DNA of 60,124 bases, the filler included, from Sphacelaria rigidula (Eukaryota): assembly GCA_964200075.2 (NCBI GenBank). It is 8 parts of 8 records of this genome, joined end to end, with 100 filler letters (N's around TTAATTAATTAA, not from the genome) between each part and the next. Parts side by side here need not be neighbours in the genome. Positions count along the whole stretch, not along the records: positions 22,586 to 30,013 come from CAXNAA020014970.1; positions 30,114 to 37,541 come from CAXNAA020014971.1; 6 more parts are not named here. One strand, written 5' to 3'. The position numbers were made by a program, and so were the translations under genes. Shown here in pieces: positions 23,133-35,199 of the stretch. Each line of letters starts with the position of its first letter. The stretch's first letter is position 1. The notes below the pieces were generated by a model. The model had not been told where the DNA came from and ran no database searches. It worked only from the letters and a program-made list of their open reading frames with translations.

Positions 23133-26100
23133 CTGCTCAAGCACCAGAAGCGCGTGCGGAAGGGGGACGGGGTACACTGGCATGTCTTGGTCATGTGGTG
23201 GTGGTGGTGGTGGTGGTGGTGGTGTGCGGTGTGTGGCGTGTGTGGCGTGTGTGTGTAGGGGGGAGGGGGGGTCGTACAACACGGAGTAATATGATATGAA
23301 ATATGACCCTCATGGCAGATGACCCGTACGAAAGACTACCGGCGTGGAACATGACATGCGAGTGTAGCGACAAGTAGCCAAAACGTGAATACTTGGACAC
23401 GCTTCAAGTTCATGATTTTGCCATGTACATGCTCCTGCGTCAAATAATCCTCGATTTCTGGATAACGCTTATCAAGACAACAGCAAGGCCTTTTCTTCGT
23501 TCACACATTTTGAAGGGGGAAGTATATCAAGGTGATGCTATTCTGTAGGGCAAGATATTCTGTATACTCGGGGTATTTACCCCGGTATTACCCGTACCCG
23601 ACAGTTCTGAGAGTTCTGTAAGCCTGTCATGCCGGACCCCGATAGTCATGTGAGACCCGTACGAAATATTTACCCTTAACCGGGGCACGGGCATACCCGT
23701 GTTGAAATACCTGGTTGCAGGTAAGGGTTCTTGTACAACCTCCATACCGTACCCGACAGGTTTTGGAAGTTGAGTAAGTAATCTCATACCCTGCCGAGAA
23801 TCTCGTGATCTGCAGAACAGAGGCTTGGAATCATTCTCCTCTTCAACCGTTCGCAAGGGAATCGTGGGGTGGGGGGGGAGAGAATGACCAAAACCAGACC
23901 CACACCCAACTATGCGCGAAAACAAAATGACGTGTCGGAGCATGGTTTCGGAAGCTGCCACATGCATGAAGTAAAATTACCCGTCTTCACCGCTGCCAAG
24001 TACCTCATTCAAGACCACGTATGTGGCACGTATGAGCGCCGGTATAGCGGTTCCCTGAGGTGGACTGTTTTTTTAACGCGGCCGTTGCCCCTCCAGTGAG
24101 AGATATGATCCCAAAACTCTCAGTATCATGTGCCGTCGAAACCAAGTGCAAATAACGTACTGCCACGCCGAGACCCTTCTCCCCCCTCTGTCGTCACTGC
24201 CGAGAATAACGCCCTTTTGGGTAGACGAATACCATGCATCCTACATGAGGCATGAGGAGCAGGGGAACAGGGAACAGGAAATAAAAACATCGGCGTTGAC
24301 GAGAAAATTTTGATCGTCAAGGTCCGTTGTTTGTTTATTTTCCTTACGATGTCATACACATACTGTCTAAAAGATCCATATCTACACCTAGAAAACACAA
24401 ATATCACCATTACAGTATATTTTCCAGTGTCCTCCGAGATGATCACGTGCATATATTCCCGAATGGAAAAAAGAAAATAAATATGTTCGAGCACACGTGT
24501 ATTGGATTAGAAACCACCGCCACCGCCGCCCACGACGACGACAACAAAACGAAAACGCCTCTCACATTGCCGCACGGGTAGAGATTCGGGTTGAATCGGA
24601 CGGTGCCGCGCCCGGTCGTCATGAGGTTAACCCGAGGAGGAACGTCGGGGTACTGGGGCGGGCAGTAGATATCGAACTGGAACAACCCGCTGTCGTACGG
24701 CGTGCCGCCCGGTGCAGCTACCATCGCCTGGGGTACACGAGGGGGAAGGGGGCCGCACTTTTGTGTCAGGACTTGAGCAATCCAGCGACTAGATGCGTAA
24801 CCCGTACGCTTCTCGCATAAGCCACAATATTTTTTTGTCAATTCCCTGCACCACGAGACAATGATTTGGACGCGACAATGATGTGGACAGAACTTCGTTC
24901 CCCTACTATAGTACCCGCCAATACTACTCCTCCTCATCCTGTTCGAGTGGGGTGGAGAGGAGAGGGGGGCGAGCATACGGGTTTGACTTGCTTGGTGAGT
25001 GCACACGGGATCAACGCAGAGAACGGCCCGCACATGAAATTATAGGAAACAAAGTGCTGGGCTTTGCTTGGTAGAGTAGCATTAGTAGCCTACACACGAA
25101 AGATTTGAATTAGGTGTTTGAGCACCAATTACGGTGAGCGCAGAAATCAGCCAAAACTCGCTTGTCTGAGTGACTTCACACGACCCAAAAAATGTCTCAT
25201 TGAAAAGAAGGATGGGAGGTAAGGGTATGGTCAGGCGACTGATTGTGAGCCAGCAGTGCTTAGCACATCACGACAACCATACCACGACACCGCAACGGAC
25301 GACTGGCCAGCGCAGCACGTGGTGGACCATGTACCTATGGCCGGCCTCTGCACCGAGAGCAGCAGCGTGTGATTGCTGCCCCTTCGACTCCTAGTATCTT
25401 GAAAACCCTGACGGCAGGGCGAATGTGGTACAAAACAATACGAACCACAGCCATAAAAACAGCTCTTGCAGAAGAACAACAGAGTAAACAGGGCAGTAAC
25501 GGAAGATACATACCTTGAGTAAATGCGGCCTATCTTCGTCCACGCGGACGGCCACGGTGCTTCCCCAGTACAGAGGTAACTCCCGCGCTAAGGAGCGCAG
25601 CTCGCGCACGAGCCGCCTCTGGCGCCCAGGAGGCACCGATCCTTCCGCCCCCGCGAGCCTCCAGAAGTGATGTTGTTGCTCTGGCTTGCCTGGGCGGCGC
25701 AAAAAAAAAAAGAAGACAAGTCAAGAGAGAAGGAAAAAAGAAGAAGTGAAAAAAAGAAAATGAAAATAAACCAAGAGGCAACGAAAGGAGAGGACAGGAC
25801 AAGAAACGAAATGCGGAAGAGCAATAACATCTGTGAAAAAAGACTCCATCGCCAAAGAGAACATCCAGTTGCGCGTGTAACGTGAGCGTGTCTAAAAGTG
25901 CGTCGCGTTCGCTTGCAACATGCTTCATTCTGTGCACCTCGCCAAGCGGTCGGTACGAAAGCGCCACAAAAAAACATACGAACAAGAAGGGGGGGAGGTG
26001 TGTGGATCTTGAGCGTTGAAAATTGAGCGCAGGACGGGGCGGACCCGAGGCTGTACAGGAGAGCGCATCACCTCACATGGAGAACGAGATCTGCAATAGA

Positions 26101-28357
26101 AATAAAAAATAAACGGAGAGGGGAGCTTGGGAGCAAATTACATTCCCACGGGCACGCACACAGTAGAGTGTGATGATGATTACACCTGCTACTGGAAGCC
26201 AGCAGCACCGCTCCTAATCCAGACGTGCGCGAAAATGATACTTTTACTGCCACCAAAGGTCAGCCCAACAAAAGGCCGAATATTACGTGACGAAAATACC
26301 GACGTACCGTTACTCGCTCCCGCAGCCGAAGTCGCCGCCTCCATCCGCATGGTGTCAAACTGCTCCCCTTCTATCGCATCCAGATACAGCTCTTCGCCCG
26401 AGGGCACCGTTTCTACTTCCTCCACCAGCCCCCTCGCCGCCGCCGACAACTCGTCCCCCTTGCACTCCTCCACCCCTGATCGCCCAGCCACCCCATCAGC
26501 AGCCTCCCGCCCACAGTTCTTGGCGTTGGCATCAGTTTTAGCCGGCGAGACGACTACAACAGATGTTATTTCGCCGTTCCCTGTCGTACCGCCCACTGAC
26601 GCCGGCACCGTTACGGGTGCAGCTTCCACTGTCTTCTCCCCTTCCTCCTCCTCCCTTTCAGCTAGCTTAGCTTGGTCCAGAACGACGCGCGCGAGCTCCG
26701 CAAGCTCCAGACCTTCCTCGTGCTCCCGCTTCTCCTTCAAGTACTGAGCGGCGCGCTTCTGCTCCTCTATCGCTCGTGAAGTGGCCATAGCTTTGCTGTT
26801 CTCCGCCGCCGCCATTGCTGCTGCTACCGCCAAGCTGGACCCTCCTCCGGTCCCGGTCCCCGGGCCAGTGTTCGGCGGGCTCGGAGCAGCCGCCGCAGGT
26901 TTACTCAGCATACTCATGGGAGGCGTCAGGGTCGGCAAGGAGGGGAGAACCGGGAGCGGAGGCGGAGGCGCTACTGCCGACACCAGCGATTCAGCTTGTT
27001 TTTGCTGCTGCTGCTGCTGCTGCTGTTGCTGCTGCAGTTGTTGAGCCGCATCACCAATTGTTCCAACCGCAGCAACAACAGCAGCGGCGACGCTCTTGGA
27101 ATCAACATCGCCACCCGCAACAAAAGCAGCAACTGCAGCAGACGTGGAAGCGCTCTCCTCCAGATTGCCGTGGACCGATCCGTGTGCAGGTGCCAGCGGC
27201 GGAACCGCACTCGACTTAAGCGGCACCTCCGAATCACCACCCACCACCGTGGACACGGTCGGCGTGCTGCTTGGTGACGCAACGGAAGCCACCCCACCGG
27301 TCGGGGTCGGGGCAGGAGCCGCAGGCGGCGCGGAAGCCACGGCAAGAACGAGAGAAACTTGGGCACCATGAACGGAATCGGGAACAGCAGCGGACGCCGC
27401 CGCGTCCTTCGGGGGGGTCGGCGCTGTCAGCGCTGTCGGGGTGGCGCTCTGCGCCAACCCCGGGGAGCCGATTGCCGTGAACGACGCACCTGCCGTCGTG
27501 GAGGCGTGCGCAATCTGCATCAACGGTGGATGTGGCGAGGCCGGCGACGGAGGGGGGTGCGTCAAGCCAGGGGAAGCTGGCGGCGGCAAGGGGGTCGACG
27601 GTGGAGGGAGCGGAGTCGGTGGTGCGGGCAAGGGAGCGGGCTCCTGCGGGGGGCACGCGATCAGATCGTCCAGGGCGACGCACAGGTTGCTCAGAAGGTC
27701 AACGAGACCGGGGCAGTCTGGTGACGCAGGCAGCAAGTATTGCGCGAGGCGCGATCGTCCGCCGGGATGTTGTTGTCCGCCCGCAGATGCGTTAATCGCG
27801 GCGAAGCCAGCCGCGAGCGTGTCGCGCAAGAGGTGCAGAAGAGAGCGGTAGAAGACGCGGTGCGCCGAGACGAACCGCCAGTCAACGCCGAACATGTACT
27901 GTCGACAGACGCTCCGCAGACACGAGCTTTCCAAAGCTTCGGCCGCGATCGACCAATCGACCATAGTATCACGGCTACCGTACTCGGGATGACCATTCTC
28001 TAAACACGGTTCCACGCAACTTTTCTCCAGCCTCCCCTTTCCCCCCTCCGCAGACATAGATACTGCTGGCTCAACGTCTCCCTCAGCGGTCGGAACGAAG
28101 CCAATATGTGACGCCCCAGGAACTTCCGTTTCATCTAGGCCATCATCCTCACAATGTCTCGCCCGCGCTTCTCCAGCACCACAAAGCGATTGCAACAGAC
28201 GACGTAGGGCCTCGACGAGATCGGCGGAGGCCTGCTGCCCTCCCCTGCAAAGTCGGCTCCCCCCGTTGCTGGCGGTTTCTGCTGAGTTGAGATGCTGCAT
28301 CGAGGCACCCGCAGGGCCCGCCGCTTCGCCCTGTGGCGCGGATCCCGCGCTAAAGTC
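23040..28357 (-). CDS. Partial multi-exon gene for a BIRC6/BRUCE-like ubiquitin-conjugating enzyme (E2, UBC domain); exons 28357-26308, 25689-25514, 24727-24566, 23132-23040; 5' and 3' exons not identified on this contig
   Basis: The four exons splice in frame (phases 0/1/0/0) at CAG acceptors and GT donors. They give ...EELYLDAIEGEQFDTMRM...GKPEQQHHFW...RRLVRELRSLARELPLYWGSTVAVRVDEDRPHLLKAMVAAPGGTPYDSGLFQFDIYCPPQYPDVPPRVNLMTTGRGTVRFNPNLYPCGNVCLSLLGTWSG...SLLQVLLSIQ, which matches the BIRC6-type UBC fold including the catalytic Cys in VCLSLL. No BIR domain is seen, so no symbol is given. Confidence 0.93.
24566..24727 (-). CDS. E2 gene exon: UBC core
   Basis: 162 nt, phase 0/0, donor AAT|GTGAG; encodes AMVAAPGGTPYDSGLFQFDIYCPPQYPDVPPRVNLMTTGRGTVRFNPNLYPCGN. 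Confidence 0.95.
25514..25689 (-). CDS. E2 gene exon: N-terminal helix of the UBC domain
   Basis: Polypyrimidine tract plus CAG acceptor, donor AAG|GTATGT; encodes KPEQQHHFWRLAG...RRLVRELRSLARELPL...RVDEDRPHLLK. Confidence 0.93.
26308..28357 (-). CDS. Large exon of the BIRC6-like E2 gene (conserved pre-UBC blocks plus a Pro/Ala/Gln-rich insert)
   Basis: Contains most of the 703-aa ORF 26189..28300. The acceptor CAG|GAC at 28357 is in frame and the donor is G|GTACGT at 26308. The motif ALESSCLRSVCRQYM...AHRVFYRSLLHLLR resembles the BIRC6 block SCLIPAMSSYLRNDS...RHVPLYRALLELLR. Confidence 0.88.
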
Positions 28358-28775
28358 CTGGGGAACAGAACCCGGAAAAAGAAAAGGGCAGCAGATAAAC
28401 CAAACACGCTCAGCCAGTCAAGACAACTCGAATGCGTAACGGCAGCGGGCGACAGCAGGCTCTCTTTTTTTTCGCGTGTTCAAGATAGCAACCCCTCTCT
28501 TCCCCGGCACACGCCTTGCATTTTGATCTCGCGGATTAGATCATTACCAACACTCTCGCACCGCCGCGGCGCTCGTCACACACAGCTACTCACGCCACGT
28601 TTTCAAACGGTAGAAGTCATTATACTTGTCAGAAGAAGAAAAGAAAAAATGCATCTGCCGGTATCGAAATATGCGTTCTTGATGAACGGCTCGCAGCCTG
28701 CTGCAACAACTACATCACCGGGGCGCGGCTGCTGTTGTGTTGTCCCATCATTTTCCCTATCCCAAAGCTATTCTT

Positions 28776-29033
28776 CGCCCGTCGGACAGATCATGACCCG
28801 TCTGAAATTATTTCCTTCGAGTATGATGATCCGGGTCATGGGATCCGGATCATTTGGCCCCATTTTTCCATGTTTGTTCCCTACAGCGCCGGACGCTTAG
28901 CACGCTGAGGAGCGCAGAGGATCCGCTTTGGCTTTTCTGACTCCGCGGTCACACATTCCGCGTTTTTGGACCAACGGACCCGAGTCTTCTTCCATTAGTT
29001 ATTTCAGACGGATCATGATCTGTGCGACGTGTG
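28776..29033. mobile_element. Intronic MITE with TIRs and an 8-9-bp TSD (hAT- or MULE-type)
   Basis: TIR CGTCGGACAGATCATGACCCGTCTGAAAT vs reverse complement CGTCGCACAGATCATGATCCGTCTGAAAT; CTATTCTT at 28768-28775 and 29034-29041. Confidence 0.85.
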
Positions 29034-30749
29034 CTATTCTTGTTGTAAGTTACGTACTGGAGTGACCACGTACGTCGCCGGTGTGAAGAAACAACAAGAT
29101 CGACACGACGAGCAAAAACATCGAACAGCCGAACAGCTGAACAACAAAGCTCGAGAGCAAAAAACCGCGCTACACACGGGTCATCGCAATGCTCACTAAA
29201 TAAAATACTCACACATTTTCTGCGAGACATTTCTACGAGATGATTCCCACACGTGCGTTTTGGCGAGAAAAAAATGTACCCCGGATGCATAACAAAACCT
29301 AGCGTACGTGATACATGCATGTGCTAAGCACATACACATCAGCATACGCTTCCCGTGAGCAAGAGCGCCGTAGTAGATATCCGATGCCCTCGCAGGCAGG
29401 AGTACAGGACACCTTTGTGGATTTATTTCCGAAAAAAGTATGTACATACACATACCCGTCCGCGTGGAAATGTCCATACCCACCCTTGAATCATGCCGAA
29501 AATACACAGGTTTCGCTTAACTACCTGTGGTGCTGTGCCGGGTGTTCCGCAAGTGCGCTCATGGTTTGCACCACCAACACACCACCCTGCTCTAAACTCT
29601 CCCTCCCCATATATAAAACTAACCCTGACCCTAACCCCACATCCATGGCCCCACAGTGTACCTTGAAAGGACCTGCATCCGGGCTAACTGCGTTGGTATG
29701 ATGCACATGTTGGCTGACTGCGTTGGTGGGGTATACAATACATGTGGGCTAACGACTCGGAAGGATGTACATCTGCTGACTGTACTGCACTTTACCGCCC
29801 CTCTTCCCCGTTTTTTCTCGTCCCCAGGAGATAGCTAGACGGGTAGGAACCTTCACCGTTCACTTCGCAACTTCTTGTTTCGTACAGAGCTTTCGAGTGC
29901 GCTCGACCTCGCCGTCGCTTCGAACTGAGCCCTCAAGTTGATTTGTCATTTACGGTGCGGTGTACGAGCAGGCGCCAAGGTGAGGGGGTTCTCCGCCTTG
30001 CTGCGCGCCCACANNNNNNNNNNNNNNNNNNNNNNNNNNNNNNNNNNNNNNNNNNNNTTAATTAATTAANNNNNNNNNNNNNNNNNNNNNNNNNNNNNNN
30101 NNNNNNNNNNNNNCGACGTAAAAGCTCCAAAAAGACATTTTTCTGGGTTTTAATTTTTGTCTATTATAGGAAGCGGCCTCAGAGTTGGAGCGATTCATGT
30201 ATCAAACCTTTTCTAGTCCACCGTACTTTTCCAATGAGCACTACACGAAAAAGGTACACCATGGTGCTTTGAGAGCAGGAAAGGGCGACGCATTTTTCGT
30301 TTTGAGGCGCGGCGCTGCGCGCAGTTTGCACACCTCAAAAATACACTCCGGCGCCTCAGCCCCACGCACAAGGTGTCTGGGCAGGACGCCCGACGCGGTT
30401 CATCAATTCTCACACATGGTACTATAGTACGCATCAGCACTTGAGAATCGGGCAGTTGAGAAATTGATTTAGAAACTTTCGGCTTTATTGCCATTTACAT
30501 GTGAGCATTTGTGTTGAACTCGATGAGAAATTGAATATATGCATTTGTGTTCAAATTGGAGAGAAAATGAGACGCGAGCCTCAGCCAATATAGGAGTTTC
30601 TTGAGTGCTGACGCGCATTGTGGGCTCAACTACGACGGGGAAAAAGACAGCTCATGAGAGTACATTCGTGGACAAACGAAGAGAGCACACCCTGCTCTCT
30701 GCTCAAAGTTATCCTTGCCATCTTTCGTTAACCTGTAGACCCTTATAAT

Positions 30750-31552
30750 CAAGGATGGGGAAAAGCCCGGATGTTCCATATAACCCACCGGTTATATCCT
30801 TCAATCACGTTTTGGTATAACCCACCGGTTATAACCGCAACCGCGAGGGGACGAAACCGCCCCATCCCCGGGGTTTTTAGCTTTGTGGTGCGCTCGTACC
30901 GCCGGTACGTGGTTGTTTGTCCCTGACCCTCGTGTTCTGTGCGTTTATCGAAGAATAAATGGTTGTTGTACGATACCCTGTGCACCTGCACTTGCTGCTG
31001 TGGCCTGGTAGGTACAGAGCGCAGAGAGTACAGACTTCAAAGCGAACAACAAGCAGTTTATGGCTTTTACTTTTTTATTTTTTGTTTAGTTTAGAACCAG
31101 AAAAAATGACCAAGTAGAAAACAAGTTCCATGTGCTACGATCATGCGCACTCAATAAACCACGACGCACATCGTATCTGCTACTCTGCAACGCTTGCACT
31201 TGACTACCATCCTGCCCTGGTTAGTCGATTGTTGTGTGATGGTAACCAGCTGCAAGATTGCTGCGCGGCCCTCAAGACAATCGGGCTCATGAGAAATGGA
31301 GATGGGAGTCTGCAGGGATCCCCATGGACCAGATGCCATGGTGTGTGTGGTCTGCCGTCTGCTGTGCTGCTGTTGCTGATGTGTGCTGTGTGAAAATTTT
31401 GAAAAGAGGGGAGGGGGGGGGGCTGGTGGTGGCATCCGGGGTAGGGGGGGCACCGTCACTCGAAACACCGGATATGACCCTGGGAAAACCGTATACCCCA
31501 CCCGCCAGCTCCATAACCGGTTGTCACCGGTTACGGGTTTCCCCCATCCTTG
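30750..31552. mobile_element. Non-autonomous hAT-type DNA transposon
   Basis: Termini CAAGGATGGGG...CCCCATCCTTG, 8-bp TSD CTTATAAT/CTTATATT, and subterminal ACCGG motifs at both ends. Confidence 0.88.
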
Positions 31553-32725
31553 CTTATATTGCTCAAGCGCATACCCTTTTGTACCCCTTGTACCCTTTTT
31601 TTTGCAAGTGGTGACCGTACCCCCGACTCCGCAGAAGATACACCGGACAATCATAACCAATCCATTTGTTGTTAATGACACCTCACCGAAAGGCCAAAAT
31701 CCAACGACCGAGAAAATTGTAGCCCCCTGCTGGTTGGCCCGTACACCCGGAAGACACGACGATGAATCCAGGACGCGAATACTTGTATGCTCGACCTCAC
31801 AAAGATCGAACGAACATGGGTAATGCCGCTTGGGTCTGTGTTTGTAGGCTAATATTCCACTAGCTGCAGCTGCAATAGTACAAAGACAGCGGAAGAATAT
31901 GAACATGTAGTTGAGACGATAAAGCACGCGAGTAAGATTAAATCATGCTCGAGGTGTGTCAGTCTTGCCCGGTCAGTACGCCGTGTTCACTGGAGAGCGA
32001 GTTCCATCCGATCAAGTGAGTAGTGTGATATCTCACACCATGGACGAAAAACAGCAGGAAAAAGTGCACTCTGTAGAGTATCCAATTTAATCCCTGTCGC
32101 GAAGTATCTACAAAATGTAGCTACTGGACCTTATTGGGTGTTGTATACCCGACACCCGTGCTGTCCAATGCGAAAATTCAATTTATTCCGAAACCACCAA
32201 GCGTACGATTTTGGTTACAGCACCGCCACTACGCTATCTGTGTCTGATATCTTGGTAAATATGCGCTCAAAATCAAACCAAGATAAAACGCGTGTCGACA
32301 GCGTGTAAACGCACACATGTTAGGTATCGGAGTGTTGCAACTTGCTGAACAAAAGTACGTGCAGTAGGCTCGGGGATGGCACCGTAGTACGGGAGGTGGG
32401 GGTGATAGTGTTCACCCCCTTGCCCCCGCCCCTCACGAACGACCTGAAGCGTGTCTTGCTGGCTGGTCGCCAGTGCAGAGAAGGGCACATGTGATCAAAA
32501 TCAACCGCGCCTATCCACAATTCTCAAGAGGGTGTATTCATTCCGGCATGCCTCACCAGTCACGGCCGCTACAACAGTACCATACATAGTGCCGGTCCGT
32601 TATCAGTAGTGGCAGGTAATATCTCGTTCATGGCATGCTTGTTTGCCTTTCTGTGTGGAATCCCTCGATTGTTTTATGCGGCGTGTCTCCCCGAGGCACG
32701 CTCGTCCCGTATAACCTAAACATGA

Positions 32726-35199
32726 TGGGGATGTGAGCTGGACCAGTTCAACTGTCGATTGAACTGGAACTGGCGACAAGGGCGCCAACTTATCCGGTTT
32801 ATTTGAGGTTTGCCCTTACCGACTCTTTTTATATCAACTTTAGTATGATGAGTTTATAACAACGATGCCCACACTATTATAGTACGACTCGACTGTACAA
32901 TCGAGGCCTGCACTTTACAGTTGCAGAGGAATATGGGGTGTAATTACGACGGAGGGCGCTTCAGAGGCGTCGACGGAAGTTGATTACGTCAACGACGCGT
33001 GACCCAACGGTGCACAGCTTCATGCTTCGTGTTTTGGTCGAATGAGGAACATGAATAAAGAGGAGTTGTGGTTTGTATAGGGCGAGACGCTTTATGCGGA
33101 ACTGCCGAACGGCAAACCTCCATTGCTAGAGCTGTGAACTGAACCAGTTGGTACCGGCAGTTAAACTGGAACTGGAGTTTAACTGGAACTGGGTATGAGG
33201 ACGCCAGTTGATCCAGTTTATTTGAAGATTGCCGTTACCGGCTACGTTTATACCATTTTAGTATGGGGAGTTTACAATAAAGATGCTTACATGAATAACG
33301 AACAAAATGGCAGTAGGATTGGGGTCTGTACCTAACAACAGTACAGGTACAGCCAGTACAACAGTACAGTACTCGTGGTCACTACGCCTCGAAGTGATAT
33401 TATTGCGGATATATGCCAGGTTTGTCGTTTCATAGCACGATACCTGGAATCGAAAACAGTAAACAAACGGTAATACGCCACCACAAAATACAAGGTACAC
33501 CATGGCTTGCACTTCAACTGCATGCGTGCTTGTGGTTCCGGACGTGAGTCATTTTGCGCTCTTATCCCCGCGTGCTGCCAGCCTTGGCTTGTTTGCATCT
33601 CCCTCTCCTCACGGGAGAGGATGCTGCTGTATATTTCAGATGAATGATTTTCGAATCGCTGACCGCTTTGAATGGGATTTGAATGTCATCCGAGCGTACC
33701 CCAAATAAACAACCCGAGACCCTATGCCCATTTTTTGAATCCGGGAGTTTTTCGGGAGGGAGGGGGGGGCGTACTGATTTGTTGCTTGCCTTAGTCGTTA
33801 GACCATTGACCACGCATCCCTTTCGAGACGCACGGCACGGGAGGGAGGGGGGGGGGGGGGGTTACGAAGTCCCATACATAAATAAAAAAGTAAAAAGTAC
33901 TTCACATAAAAATTCAAATTCGTCTTGATGAAGCTTTATTTCTTCGCTTAAAAAAGAAGGGTTATTTATGGGTTTCGGTAATGCGTTGCACATCACACTT
34001 CCACGACAAGAACAAGACCAGATCATTACCACAATGCTCTGCAATGCTTGCTCGGTCAAGCTAAACGTATCTATCTACATCGTCAATTTGCGTCCAATGT
34101 GCCTCGCATCTTGTGGTGGCAGATAAGGCCAACAATCATGGGCGCTACCTCACTCAAGTCGCCCCAAAATGGCTATTTATTGCGTGTTTCTTCATGTGAA
34201 AAAAAAACAAATCTACGACTGCCGGAGAGGGGAGGTGTGTGTGTGTGTGTGCATGGAGTCTCGGATTTATTTTTCGGGGCACTCCTGTGTCATGCAAGAC
34301 TTTTGGCTCCTCGGTATAAGGGGTCACATTTCCTACAATATCCCACATTTTTGAAGGAAAAACAAACCAAATGACGCAATTTTTCTCGCCTCCAGCAGCG
34401 CTCCCGCGGGGCCCCCTCGCCAGCCGGGGGGGGGGGGGCGCGAGCCACCGATTGTTTTCCAGTTAATCGGCTGATTAACTGGAAAGCAATCGATGTACTG
34501 GCCGCTGGCGCGGCCAGTTTAAACTTAACTGGCCAGAGAAGCGAGTTCACAACCCTATCCATTGCCCTTTGCCAATCGCACGACGAGGAGCGTTTTGAAC
34601 ATGATGCAGCATATGCTTACTACACCTCGAAGTGGTACAGCGGATATATGCCGAGGTCTGTTGTTTCATTGCATGAATCCGAAAACAATCACAAAAAACG
34701 GTGACCTGCGACCACAAACACAAATTACACCACGATTTGCTATTTAACTACATGTATGTTTATCGGCCCGGGCGTGAAGAAGAATTGCGCTCTTATCCTC
34801 ACATGCTACGAGCCTTGGCTTCCTTGTTCCTCTCCTCCTCTTCTCACGGAGAGTCTCTGCTGCTACATGCCACAGATGAATGATTTTCGATTTGCTCACC
34901 CCAGCGAAAAGGATTTGAATACCATCTAAGCCCCTTAGCTCCTTAATGTGAGCCGTCGCATTTTATACAACGATTCACATTGTTGAAGGGGCCACAAGCC
35001 GAATACAGCAATATTTCTTGCCCCCCGCGGCGCTCCGGCGAGGCCCCCACACCAGCCAGCGGAGGCGTCGGGGCTTGTCCTTCGCCGCTCGCCGCCGATG
35101 TTTTCCGAATTCATCGGCGAAGCCGAATAACTGGAAAAACATCGATGAACAGCGGCCAGTTTGAACCTAACTGGACAGAGGTGCCAGTTCACAGCCCTG
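32726..35199. mobile_element. Older non-autonomous hAT-type element (outer member of a nested pair)
   Basis: Termini TGGGGATGTGAGCTGG...CCAGTTCACAGCCCTG, degenerate TSD AAACATGA/AATAATGA; its body is homologous to the inner element. Confidence 0.7.
33127..34557. mobile_element. Non-autonomous hAT-type element (inner member of the nested pair)
   Basis: Termini TAGAGCTGTGAACT...AGTTCACAACCCTA, perfect 8-bp TSD TCCATTGC (33119-33126, 34558-34565), AACTGG subterminal repeats. Confidence 0.92.

Noticed and set aside
23700..23735. EPLPATRYFN as the missing E2 'EPYFN' exon
   Set aside because: It lies upstream of the catalytic exon, inside an intron, and belongs to a dispersed repeat related to 49590-50130.
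26127..28900. Plus-strand ORFs overlapping the large E2 exon
   Set aside because: Antisense shadows of GC-rich coding sequence.
29521..29706. Upstream exon of the E2 gene
   Set aside because: A donor-like site exists, but the phase-compatible translation has no BIRC6-like similarity and the acceptor is weak.
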